DNA from: an uncultured Dehalococcoidia bacterium
GTDB taxonomy: Bacteria; Chloroflexota; Dehalococcoidia; SZUA-161
NCBI GenBank assembly: GCA_964502665.1
Contig: CAZCXP010000004.1
Span: 1 to 39,047 of the forward strand
Length of the DNA: 39,047 nt
Direction of reading: 5' to 3'
Shown here: positions 1-8,390 of the stretch, one piece after another
How the letters are laid out: each line of letters starts with the position of its first letter
Position numbering within the stretch: the first letter of the stretch is position 1
Notes under the pieces: model-generated
Seen by the model: only the letters and a program-made list of their open reading frames with translations
The model's database searches: none
What the model was told of the DNA's origin: nothing
Position numbers and translations under genes: made by a program

Positions 1-1500
1 CTTCTAATAGGCGAGTACGGCGTACCCTGGAGCCACTTGGATGATGGGAATATCACAAAAGAGAGTGAATACCAGGTAACAGAGAAGGCTGCCCTAGATC
101 TGTTCGATAGCGCGGCTGTCGGGTGCATCAGGCCGTGGTACGCTGATGACAGGGCCAAGGTCACTGATGAGACGAACTGGGCTCTAATAAAAGGTACGTC
201 AGGATTGGGAGGGGAGCTGCGCACCTTCATCACCGTCGTTTTCTCAAGGCCTTACCCAGGAAGAACTGCCGGCTCCCTTGGTTCATTCGGCTACGATATG
301 GATACGAAGACATTTGCCATGAGCTACATGCCGGACAGTGGACTCGGAGAGACCTGCATCTTCGTACCGCTGGAGGGGAAATACGGTGGAGCATTCATCA
401 TGAAGCACAGCTCGGGCATAACGCTGAGGTTCGACTCTTCGACATCTTCCCCTGAAGTGGTGAGCAATCCTGGAGGTATCGATCCAGCCAGATTCCTATG
501 GGATGAAACAAATCAGGTTCTCAGGATATCCGAATGGCAACAGGGGGAGATTGTTACAATCGAGATAGCAGACCGATGTAGTGACAGTGACGGATGCTAT
601 GTATACGGTACTGGCTGTGAATATCGTGACTATTACTGGGATGGCGTAAGTTGTCCCTACACCGGCTCCGCTGGCCATACGGACTATTACGATGATTGGG
701 TCTTCTATTGTTCCAGTGACAGCATTAGAAAGCACCGCGTGTTCCATGATTTCCATTGTGAGGCGGGAGCTTGCACGGACAACGCTAGCTGGGTGGATGA
801 TCAGCTAGTCGAGGATTGCAACACCTATGACGGCTGGCAGGACACCGGTTACATGAAATGGGTCAAAGATTCACCTGCTGCATGCCAGGAACGGGAGCAG
901 AAGGAGCAGGAATTTCGTGACTATACATGTTCAGGTTGTTCATGTATCTATAGCGTGACCGATACTCAATGGGTTGATACAGGAAATGAAAGGGCGCTTT
1001 CGTACCCTGTCTATGTAAGTTCTAGCCCATATAGAGGGGGACTGGTTACCCCAGTCAGTGGGTTCTACTGTGGATTGATCGCTTTCACGGCTTCTGCGAA
1101 TCCAGGCTATGAGTTTGTTAACTGGACTATCGACGGGGTCACCGGGGAGACAGATAATCCTTTGAACCTGGATGTACAGCAGCACACCACCTTAATGGCC
1201 AGCTTTTCCGCTACTCCCTTGACTTATCAAGACCCGATAAGGGCGACGGAACTCAGAGTAAATGCTGAAGAAGGGACGTTCCAATTCCTCGCCCCCGGCT
1301 TCGACTCAGGAGTTGTTCAAGACGCTGAAATAGCAATCATAGGTGGTTATCTACTCGGCAAAGGTAATACTACAAGCCCGTCGACTTCGTATTACTTCTA
1401 TGCCAGGTTGACCGATGACCTGTGTCTTGCCCGTGCTGCAGTCTCAAATGATCCACGGCCCAAGGTGTACTGGCTTTACGACCCGCCAGGGGTTGAGTAG
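1..1500 (+). CDS. Secreted glycoside-hydrolase-like protein, C-terminal part (5' end outside window), with a Cys-rich repeat region and an InlB-B-repeat-like domain
   Basis: Frame 1 is open from nt 1, with no stop before the listed TTG at 37, so the gene starts upstream. The first codons read LLIGEYGVPW, a GE[FY]G nucleophile-like motif of GH5-type enzymes (weak). aa 181-316 carry three [FY]RDY..C..G.C....WVD Cys-rich units. aa ~330-395 (GGLVTPVSG...ANPGYEFVNWTIDG...TLMASFS) resemble a divergent InlB B-repeat. Confidence 0.6.
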   Translation, partial: LLIGEYGVPWSHLDDGNITKESEYQVTEKAALDLFDSAAVGCIRPWYADDRAKVTDETNWALIKGTSGLGGELRTFITVVFSRPYPGRTAGSLGSFGYDMDTKTFAMSYMPDSGLGETCIFVPLEGKYGGAFIMKHSSGITLRFDSSTSSPEVVSNPGGIDPARFLWDETNQVLRISEWQQGEIVTIEIADRCSDSDGCYVYGTGCEYRDYYWDGVSCPYTGSAGHTDYYDDWVFYCSSDSIRKHRVFHDFHCEAGACTDNASWVDDQLVEDCNTYDGWQDTGYMKWVKDSPAACQEREQKEQEFRDYTCSGCSCIYSVTDTQWVDTGNERALSYPVYVSSSPYRGGLVTPVSGFYCGLIAFTASANPGYEFVNWTIDGVTGETDNPLNLDVQQHTTLMASFSATPLTYQDPIRATELRVNAEEGTFQFLAPGFDSGVVQDAEIAIIGGYLLGKGNTTSPSTSYYFYARLTDDLCLARAAVSNDPRPKVYWLYDPPGVE

Positions 1501-1603
1501 CAGCGCCGGAAGCTGCCTCCGGTCATGCACCTCCGTCGGTAACACTTTTTATGAGGCAACGATACCATATTCGGTAACCTCTATTATGAGTCAATTCGAC
1601 CCC

Positions 1604-1631
1604 TTGACAGCCACCGAGCAGTAGCTATAAG
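1604..1631 (+). promoter_or_regulatory. sigma70-like promoter upstream of the ACP gene
   Basis: TTGACA (1604-1609), 16-nt spacer, TATAAG (1626-1631). It lies 58 nt upstream of the ATG at 1689. Confidence 0.5.
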
Positions 1632-1688
1632 ATAACCACAGTTGTTGCCAAAAGGAGTCGCAGCTATCTATTAGAGTGGAGAGTTCAG

Positions 1689-1949
1689 ATGTCAACTGTT
1701 CTCGAGCGGGTCAGGAATGTCATTGTCCATGAATTCCGCGTTGATGAGTCGGAATTGAAGCCCGGTTCCCTCTTTGTGGACGATCTCAACATGGACTCCC
1801 TTGACATTGTAAACCTGCTATTCGCCCTGGAGAATGAGTTCAGCACCGATGAGAGAGGCCTACAGATATCAGACGAAGAGGCTGAAAAGCTAAGAAGTGT
1901 GCAAGCTGTGGTCGACTATCTCAAAGCTCACGGAATAGAGGACGGATAG
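1689..1949 (+). CDS. Acyl carrier protein (stand-alone)
   Basis: 86 aa, acidic, with the phosphopantetheine attachment motif DDLNMDSLDIVNL (DSL serine). GGAG-like RBS (gagtggagag) upstream. Confidence 0.85.
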   Translation: MSTVLERVRNVIVHEFRVDESELKPGSLFVDDLNMDSLDIVNLLFALENEFSTDERGLQISDEEAEKLRSVQAVVDYLKAHGIEDG

Positions 1950-2007
1950 TATCTAAGAAATGCCTCAATCGCCCTACTACGCAGTGTGCCGCTGACTACT
2001 GGCCAAG

Positions 2008-2035
2008 TTGACAAATTGAGATTGTGTAGTAGTAT
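2008..2035 (+). promoter_or_regulatory. sigma70-like promoter, implying a ~370-nt leader for the RRM gene
   Basis: TTGACA (2008-2013), 16-nt spacer, TAGTAT (2030-2035). No convincing CDS lies between it and the ATG at 2411. Confidence 0.45.
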
Positions 2036-2410
2036 GGATAAAAAGCCTGATACTGCTTTGCTATTCCCCGACGTGTGATATTTACCACCTGTTCTCCACA
2101 TCGTGGATGACAAAACTCCTATCAGGTTATAGATGAAGTAGGTTATCCATGGCCTATACGGACAAAATCCAGAAGCACTCAAATCGAGGCTGTGAATTCA
2201 TATTCAGTGCCTTGGAGGCGGAGTCCTTCCACAGCAGATGATTCGGCAATGAGTCCTGTCGTTAGATAGACTGGCGATCAATCAAAACGACGTCGCCTTG
2301 ATGCCTATGGTGGGGGCTACGCTACACAGACGGGATTTGATACGTTGGACGCGAATAGTCAAGCTTGAAGAATCCAAGCGGCTACCTGATAAGAGTGAAA
2401 GGAGGCAAGG

Positions 2411-2683
2411 ATGGCTCGCAAGTTGTACATAGGAGGCTTGTCTTTCAGCACAACTGAGGACCAAATTAGAGACGAGTTCGCTAAATTCGGAGTGGTGGAA
2501 TCGGTGACGGTGATAAGGGATAGGGATTCCGACAGATCCAGAGGCTTTGGCTTTGTGGAGATGTCCAGTGACACTGAGGCCAATGAAGCTATCAAAGGTT
2601 TGAACGACACCACGCTGGATGGAAGGCAGATTACCGTCAATTACGCAAGGGAGCGGACCGACAGGGGTGGCAGGCGGTACTGA
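2411..2683 (+). CDS. RRM-type RNA-binding protein
   Basis: RNP-2 LYIGGL and RNP-1 RGFGFVEM motifs; 90 aa. Strong RBS AAAGGAGG 8 nt upstream of the ATG. Confidence 0.9.
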   Translation: MARKLYIGGLSFSTTEDQIRDEFAKFGVVESVTVIRDRDSDRSRGFGFVEMSSDTEANEAIKGLNDTTLDGRQITVNYARERTDRGGRRY

Positions 2684-3079
2684 CCACTAGCCCAGATTCC
2701 CAATGGACAGGAGAACCTTATATTCTTGGCACAGGGTGGCCACGAAATGTCCATACGTGTGGGAAGAGCAAACCCTTCACAAGCAAGTGGTTTTGGAGTA
2801 GTTGGGCCAACCGGAAGACAACTCCCTTTTTCTGATTCTGCCTCTTTTTGCCTTCTGGCTTCTCACGAAAAAAGATTCGCACGAAATCGCGCATAGACCT
2901 TGGCTTCGCAGATTGATCGCAACAGTCTTCTTGGCGCTCCTTTTCAAGAACAGATGACGTGTGCGTGAAGAAGGTAATTCCGCAAACATTCTTGCTAACG
3001 AACTGTTTAGCACGCTTTGATACAGTACAACACGAAACATCACAAACCGGAATCCAACCGTTGGACAGGAGCGCCGAAG

Positions 3080-3763
3080 TTGAACAAACAGTCAGTCCTG
3101 GAGGCCCGGGGCGTATGGAAGATATACGGGACAAAGGTCAAAGTCGAGGCTTTAAGAGGAATCACCCTGTCCATCGGCAAGGCTGAGTTCGTGGCCGTCA
3201 TAGGGCCGAGCGGCAGCGGGAAGTCAACGCTCATGCACGTCCTTGGCTGTCTCGAGCGCCCGACGCACGGCGAAGTAGTAGTAGACGGTGTGAATATAGC
3301 TCATCTCTCGCAAGATGAACTGGCCGAAATTCGTGCCAGACGAATCGGCTTTGTATTCCAGCAGTATAACTTGCTTCCCCGGAAGACAGCGCAGAGGAAC
3401 GTGGAACTGCCGCTCCTTTTCCAAGGAGTCGGAGCAGCGGAGCGCGCCGGGAGAGCCGCTCAGCTACTGGAGCAGGTGGGCCTGGGACATCGGTTAGACC
3501 ACAGGCCCTCACAGATGAGCGGCGGAGAACAGCAAAGGGTGGCCATCGCGCGGGCGCTTGTCAGCGACCCCACAATAATTATCGCCGACGAGCCCACCGG
3601 CAATTTGGATAGCACCAGCACACTCGAGATAATGACGATCCTGAGCAACTTGAATGACCAGGGCAGGACCCTTCTGGTAGTCACCCACGATCCCGAGATT
3701 GCGGCCTGGGCGGAGAGGATCGTTAGTCTGCGAGATGGGAGGATTATCGATGATGAAGACTAA
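3080..3763 (+). CDS. ABC transporter ATP-binding protein (MacB/LolD-like)
   Basis: Walker A GPSGSGKST, signature SGGEQQRVAIARA, Walker B IIIADEPTGNLD, H-loop VVTHD. Start placed at in-frame TTG 3080, behind AGGAG (3067-3071). The ORF-track start at 3017 is also possible. Confidence 0.88.
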   Translation: MNKQSVLEARGVWKIYGTKVKVEALRGITLSIGKAEFVAVIGPSGSGKSTLMHVLGCLERPTHGEVVVDGVNIAHLSQDELAEIRARRIGFVFQQYNLLPRKTAQRNVELPLLFQGVGAAERAGRAAQLLEQVGLGHRLDHRPSQMSGGEQQRVAIARALVSDPTIIIADEPTGNLDSTSTLEIMTILSNLNDQGRTLLVVTHDPEIAAWAERIVSLRDGRIIDDED

Positions 3764-5246
3764 ACGTATGCTTATCCTGATTGTACTGACGTTCTCATTA
3801 TTCCTTTCAGTGTTGGCGGAAGCGTCTGCTGAGGAAGCACTGCTGGAAATCGAGGTGACGGACTTCCCTTTGCTCGTTTTCGATGGCGACCGAGTTCCGG
3901 TAACGGTTAGGCTTTCAAACGTTGGCGGCCAGGAGGCAACGGATGTCGTCCTCCGTTCTTCCACAGGCGAAGAGAGAACTGTTGGCACTCTCGCACCCGG
4001 GATTGAGCGAGAAGTCACGCTCTACATTGAGAACTACGAAAGGGGAACGAACGAAGCGGAGATATACGCGACCTTCTCAGGCGCCCAGGGTGAGTCGCGT
4101 CACTGGTCACTGCGCTTTGAGGTGAGACAGCCTGACGAGTCAATAACGCTCCGCGTGATCGACGCCCCACACTCGATCTATGAGGGTATGGTCCTGACGG
4201 CCCAGCTAGAGGTCCAGAACCTCTGGCAGCAAGCAGTCTCAGGAACGCGAATCAAGAGCGGACAGGAGGTACTATACCACCTCGGTGCTCTGGAGCCGAA
4301 TCAGTCCCTCCAGATCGATTTGCGAATTCAACAGTATGAGGTGGGCGCCAATAGGCTCGAGCTTGTGGCAGACCACGAACGCGGGACCACTCCGCCTGTC
4401 ACGCTGCAATTTGAAGTCATACCAGCGGAGTCAGCCGTGAAAGCCTACCTGGGATCATTGAGTTCACCCGCCTATCCCTCAGAAGATATCGAGCTATCAA
4501 TAATTATTGCTGCGTCAGAGGACGCAGAGATCAGTGAACTGGAACTCAAAGCGCTCACGAACGGCGTCGAGCCCACGGGCTACTACCTCGGCCAAGAGGT
4601 GGCTGCAGAGGAAGAGGTCGCAGTCCCCGACGTCCAATCTCTGCTACTCGGACCGCCAGAAGGTGAAGGGGAAGAGGAGACGGAGCGAGCTGTGAAGGGT
4701 AGGGAGCTAAGCTTCCAAGTCAAAGAGGCCGATGTGGGAAGTCAATCCCTTGATTTCCAGATAAGCTATAGACTCGGCAGTGCACTGGTTCAGCGGGAGT
4801 TCACTGTTGATGCCTTGGTGCTCCCCGCTCCAAGCGTACATCTAATTCAAGCAGAGCGCATTGAGGTCACCAAGGGCAAAGATGCGCTGGTCACGCTGCA
4901 TGTTGCCAACGACCTACCGGTGGACGTTGACGCAGTCAGCGTCGTGCCTTTGGGAAGCATTGAGGCATCACCCTCCGAGTTCTTCATCGGAGGGATGTCT
5001 CCCGACGACTTCTTGCCTGCATACTTCAGGATACCGACCGACAACCTTGAGAACGGAGACCACCTCTATTTCAAGGCCGTGTACCGCGTCGGGCGCCAGA
5101 CCTACGAGACATCCCCGTTGTGCACGGTGGTTTATCTTGAAGAGGCGCAGGGCCTGAGTCTCGCCGTGTATATCGTCCCGCCCGTTGTGCTAGTGCTGCT
5201 GGCCCTGCTTGTGTGGTCTCTGCGTAGAAGACGATGGACCCGGTAG
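3750..5246 (+). CDS. Exported CARDB/COG1361-like repeat protein with a C-terminal membrane anchor
   Basis: ATG 3750 overlaps the upstream stop (ATGATGAAGACTAA). Signal peptide MMKTKRMLILIVLTFSLFLSVLAEASA. Several beta-rich modules with a CARDB-like pattern (VPVTVRLSNVGGQEATDVVL, LTAQLEVQNLWQQAVSG, ALVTLHVANDLPVDVD). C-terminal TM helix followed by RRRRW. Confidence 0.75.
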   Translation: MMKTKRMLILIVLTFSLFLSVLAEASAEEALLEIEVTDFPLLVFDGDRVPVTVRLSNVGGQEATDVVLRSSTGEERTVGTLAPGIEREVTLYIENYERGTNEAEIYATFSGAQGESRHWSLRFEVRQPDESITLRVIDAPHSIYEGMVLTAQLEVQNLWQQAVSGTRIKSGQEVLYHLGALEPNQSLQIDLRIQQYEVGANRLELVADHERGTTPPVTLQFEVIPAESAVKAYLGSLSSPAYPSEDIELSIIIAASEDAEISELELKALTNGVEPTGYYLGQEVAAEEEVAVPDVQSLLLGPPEGEGEEETERAVKGRELSFQVKEADVGSQSLDFQISYRLGSALVQREFTVDALVLPAPSVHLIQAERIEVTKGKDALVTLHVANDLPVDVDAVSVVPLGSIEASPSEFFIGGMSPDDFLPAYFRIPTDNLENGDHLYFKAVYRVGRQTYETSPLCTVVYLEEAQGLSLAVYIVPPVVLVLLALLVWSLRRRRWTR

Positions 5247-6508
5247 CGCTTTTCCTGATGGCGGCAGAATCCATAGCCGCCCACAAGCTTCGCTCGTCCC
5301 TAGTCACTCTGGGCATCCTCATCGGGGTGACAGCTGTGCTGGCCAACGCTTGCCTGGTCGAGGGATTCCAAGATTACTTTGAGCAGCGAATGCAGGCATT
5401 GGGGTCGAATTTCGTGACCATCAGACCGGCCAGCAGTATTGGACTGATAGGCCCACAGCTCGAGGAGGGAGATCTGCTGGAGCGCTACTTGTTCGATTCG
5501 GTCCGGCGCCTTCCCCATGTCGACTATGCGACGGCATCCAGGACCAGCTACGGAACCATCAACTACGCGGGACAAGAAGAGGACGTCGTTGTTATGGGAG
5601 TAGAACCGGGATATCTTGAGGCGAGGAATAGAGAGATGCTCCTGGGTGAGCCGCTTTCCCCGCAAGACAGGTTCAACGCTGTCGTCGGGCACTCAGTGAT
5701 GAGCTCAGCAGCGCGCAGACCGGTCCTGATGTCGAGTTTCCACCTGACCATAACAGTGGACGGAACCGAAGTGACTGAGGATTTCCGTGTCAAGGGTATG
5801 GTGAAGGACCCTGAACCCGGCTTTGGCATCGGGCTTGTTTACATCCCTATAAGAACATTGGACAACATGCTGGGAGATGAGGGCTACACGGATATATCCC
5901 TGTTTGCCGCCAATACCGATGACGTCGAGCTGGTGGAGAAAGAGGCTACAGAGATGCTCGACCGCGTGCTGCGCGTAGCCCCGGAGACATCGCTAGATAC
6001 CACCGAAAAAGCTGCCCAGTTCTTTGGCATACCACTACCTCTGGCGGTGGGGGAAAGGGAGGAGTACTCGATTACTAGCCAGGCTGATGTTCTCTCAATA
6101 TCCAAGGAGATAAGCGGAATGATCCAGCTGGCCCTTGTAGCTATTGCTGGCATCTCGTTGCTCGTAGGCGGAATAGGCATAGCGAACGTCATGCTGGTTA
6201 CCGTTGCGGAGAGAACACGGGAGATCGGCGTCATGAAGGCAGTGGGCGCAAAGAACCGGCAGATCCTATTGGCGTTCCTATTTGAGGCTGCGGTTATCGG
6301 CATGCTCGGGGGCATCTTGGGGCTCGTGATTGCCGCTGCTGCCGCCTACACTCTAATCCCCGTTCTTTTCGAGGTCCCCGGTACACTGCCTATCCAGTGG
6401 GCAGCGGTCGCAATTGGCATCTCTCTAACCATCAGTCTGCTGTCCGGGCTATACCCCGCCGTGCGCGCATCGGCAATGGAGCCGGTCGACGCTTTAAGAA
6501 CGGAGTAG
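5234..6508 (+). CDS. ABC transporter permease, MacB/FtsX family
   Basis: N-terminal TM helix, large periplasmic domain, and a C-terminal FtsX-type bundle (LLVGGIGIANVMLVTVAERTREIGVMKAVGA). ATG 5234 overlaps the upstream gene by 13 nt. Confidence 0.9.
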   Translation: MDPVALFLMAAESIAAHKLRSSLVTLGILIGVTAVLANACLVEGFQDYFEQRMQALGSNFVTIRPASSIGLIGPQLEEGDLLERYLFDSVRRLPHVDYATASRTSYGTINYAGQEEDVVVMGVEPGYLEARNREMLLGEPLSPQDRFNAVVGHSVMSSAARRPVLMSSFHLTITVDGTEVTEDFRVKGMVKDPEPGFGIGLVYIPIRTLDNMLGDEGYTDISLFAANTDDVELVEKEATEMLDRVLRVAPETSLDTTEKAAQFFGIPLPLAVGEREEYSITSQADVLSISKEISGMIQLALVAIAGISLLVGGIGIANVMLVTVAERTREIGVMKAVGAKNRQILLAFLFEAAVIGMLGGILGLVIAAAAAYTLIPVLFEVPGTLPIQWAAVAIGISLTISLLSGLYPAVRASAMEPVDALRTE

Positions 6509-6551
6509 GGCCAATAAGGGCTGCACGAGCGAGCCGGTGAACCTGTGCCCG

Positions 6552-7067
6552 TCATCGTACAGCGGTAGTCGCCTCCGCAGAGTAGTCTGGCAGTGGTACT
6601 AGCTCCATCTGCAGCAGTTCGGCCATCTTGCGCTGCAATACTCGGAGCATCCTTTGTAGCTCCTCGTGCTCCGGTGCTGACAAAGTGGACATGATCTCTG
6701 TCATCAGGGCCTTCGCGACCTTTATTCCGGCACCGGCGGCTTCCCTCCCCTTGTCAGTTATCTTGAGTTCTGTGAATGGCTTCCCTTTCCGTTTCGGGAT
6801 TCTCTTCACCAGGCCCTCTCTCTCCAGTCTATTGAGCAATCCCGTGATGGTTTGTTCTTCCCGGAACATCAAACGAGCTAGCTCGGCAGGGATCAATGGT
6901 TCAGGATGGTCCCTGCAGATCCAAAGGACGTCAACCTGCTCAGGTGTCAGGCCTGACTTGGCAAGTTTGCGCTCGGCTACTTTCTGCATCGCAGACCGGG
7001 TTTGGCGAAGGAGTACCCAGGTTGTCAAGGTTGCGTCGGGGAAGTTGAAGTCATACACTATACCCAC
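6552..7067 (-). CDS. MarR family transcriptional regulator
   Basis: Winged-helix MarR pattern (KSGLTPEQVDVLWIC ... ITGLLNRLEREGLVKRIP). GTG start. Divergent from the hydrolase-glpK genes. Confidence 0.85.
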   Translation of the reverse strand: MGIVYDFNFPDATLTTWVLLRQTRSAMQKVAERKLAKSGLTPEQVDVLWICRDHPEPLIPAELARLMFREEQTITGLLNRLEREGLVKRIPKRKGKPFTELKITDKGREAAGAGIKVAKALMTEIMSTLSAPEHEELQRMLRVLQRKMAELLQMELVPLPDYSAEATTAVR

Positions 7068-7490
7068 CTCATGTTAATCATTATTAGACCACAAGGTCAG
7101 TATTGTATCATAAAGCGGGCTGTCAGACAACCAGCATCTGCGGTAGTAGCGCCAAATGCCGATGTTGAGATACTGACTAACGGAAACCGTCGATCATTGC
7201 TTTCCAGAGGGGATGGCAATTGACGACCGCTGAGGGTAGTCGTCTTGACAGATTGGTGGGATAGGCGATAAAGTCAAGGTTAGCTAGGGGACGGGTGCTG
7301 AAGTAGTATAGGGCGGAACTGCGGAGTTGAGTTGCTCGTTGCTCATTCTTTGGCGGACCCAACACATATCATGGCCTTGACAGTTGCGGTACAAGCTATT
7401 AAAGTCTGGCAAACGATGACAGATGAAGATGAACCCCGTGTCCGGGGGCGGGTTCATTACCTTGTCTTTCCAGAGGGATGAGCAAGAAGC

Positions 7491-8324
7491 ATGGAACATA
7501 CAGAGGGTAGCTTCAGAGGGCACAAGGACCTCAACCTCTACTACCAGTCCTGGTTGCCGGCCGGACGTCCCCAGGCGGTACTGCTGCTGGTCCACGGCGC
7601 GGCTGAGCACAGCGGGCGCTATATGAACCTGGTCAACTACTTCGTCCCCAAAGGCTATGCCGTCTGTGGCCTTGACCATCGAGGTCACGGCAGGTCAGAG
7701 GGCCTACGGGGCCATGTTGAACGGTTCTCGGACTATCTCACTGACCTGAAAACCTTCTTCGACATAGTACGTGGCGGGCATGGTGATACCAAGATCTTCC
7801 TCGTCGGCCATAGTATGGGAGGAGCGATCGCCACCGCCTATGCCCTCCACCATCAACATGAGCTGGCCGGGCTCGTGCTATCTGGGGCAGCTCTGAAGTT
7901 ACCCTCTGGCCAGTCGCCGGCGCTGGTAGCGGCAGCTCGGGTGCTCTCCCTGCTGCTGCCGAAAATGGGTATCACTGTCCTTGACGCCTCTGCTATCAGC
8001 CAGGACAAGGCCGTCGTGGATGCCTACGTGAATGACCCACTTGTCTACCGAGGCAAGATTCGCGCTCGCTTCGGTGGAGAGATGCTAAGGGCACTGCAAG
8101 CACTGCCGCGCCAGATGCCCAAGATCAACCTGCCCATCCTGATTATGCACGGAACGGCTGACCGGTTGTGTGACCCACAAGGTAGCCAGATGTTATACGA
8201 GCGGGCGGGCTCGACGGATAAGACCCTGAAGCTCTACGAAGGTTTCTACCACGAGATTCTCAATGAGCCGGGGCATAAACAGGTCCTGGCCGATATGGAA
8301 ACCTGGCTGGCCACCCGCATCTGA
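7491..8324 (+). CDS. Alpha/beta hydrolase, monoacylglycerol-lipase/lysophospholipase-like
   Basis: LLVHGAAEHSGRY oxyanion region, nucleophile elbow GHSMGG, C-terminal HGTADRLCD and FYHEILNEP (Asp/His). Confidence 0.85.
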   Translation: MEHTEGSFRGHKDLNLYYQSWLPAGRPQAVLLLVHGAAEHSGRYMNLVNYFVPKGYAVCGLDHRGHGRSEGLRGHVERFSDYLTDLKTFFDIVRGGHGDTKIFLVGHSMGGAIATAYALHHQHELAGLVLSGAALKLPSGQSPALVAAARVLSLLLPKMGITVLDASAISQDKAVVDAYVNDPLVYRGKIRARFGGEMLRALQALPRQMPKINLPILIMHGTADRLCDPQGSQMLYERAGSTDKTLKLYEGFYHEILNEPGHKQVLADMETWLATRI

Positions 8325-8390
8325 TCACACCAGAACCTTTGCATCGCCCTGGAACGGGATACATCGATACCCATACCTGGGTAACTCAGA

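Noticed and set aside
2718-3134. 138-aa and 88-aa minus-strand ORFs between the RRM gene and the ABC operon
   Set aside because: They are Lys/Arg/Ser-rich and low-complexity, with no RBS. They overlap the 5' end of the ABC ATPase gene and match no recognisable family.
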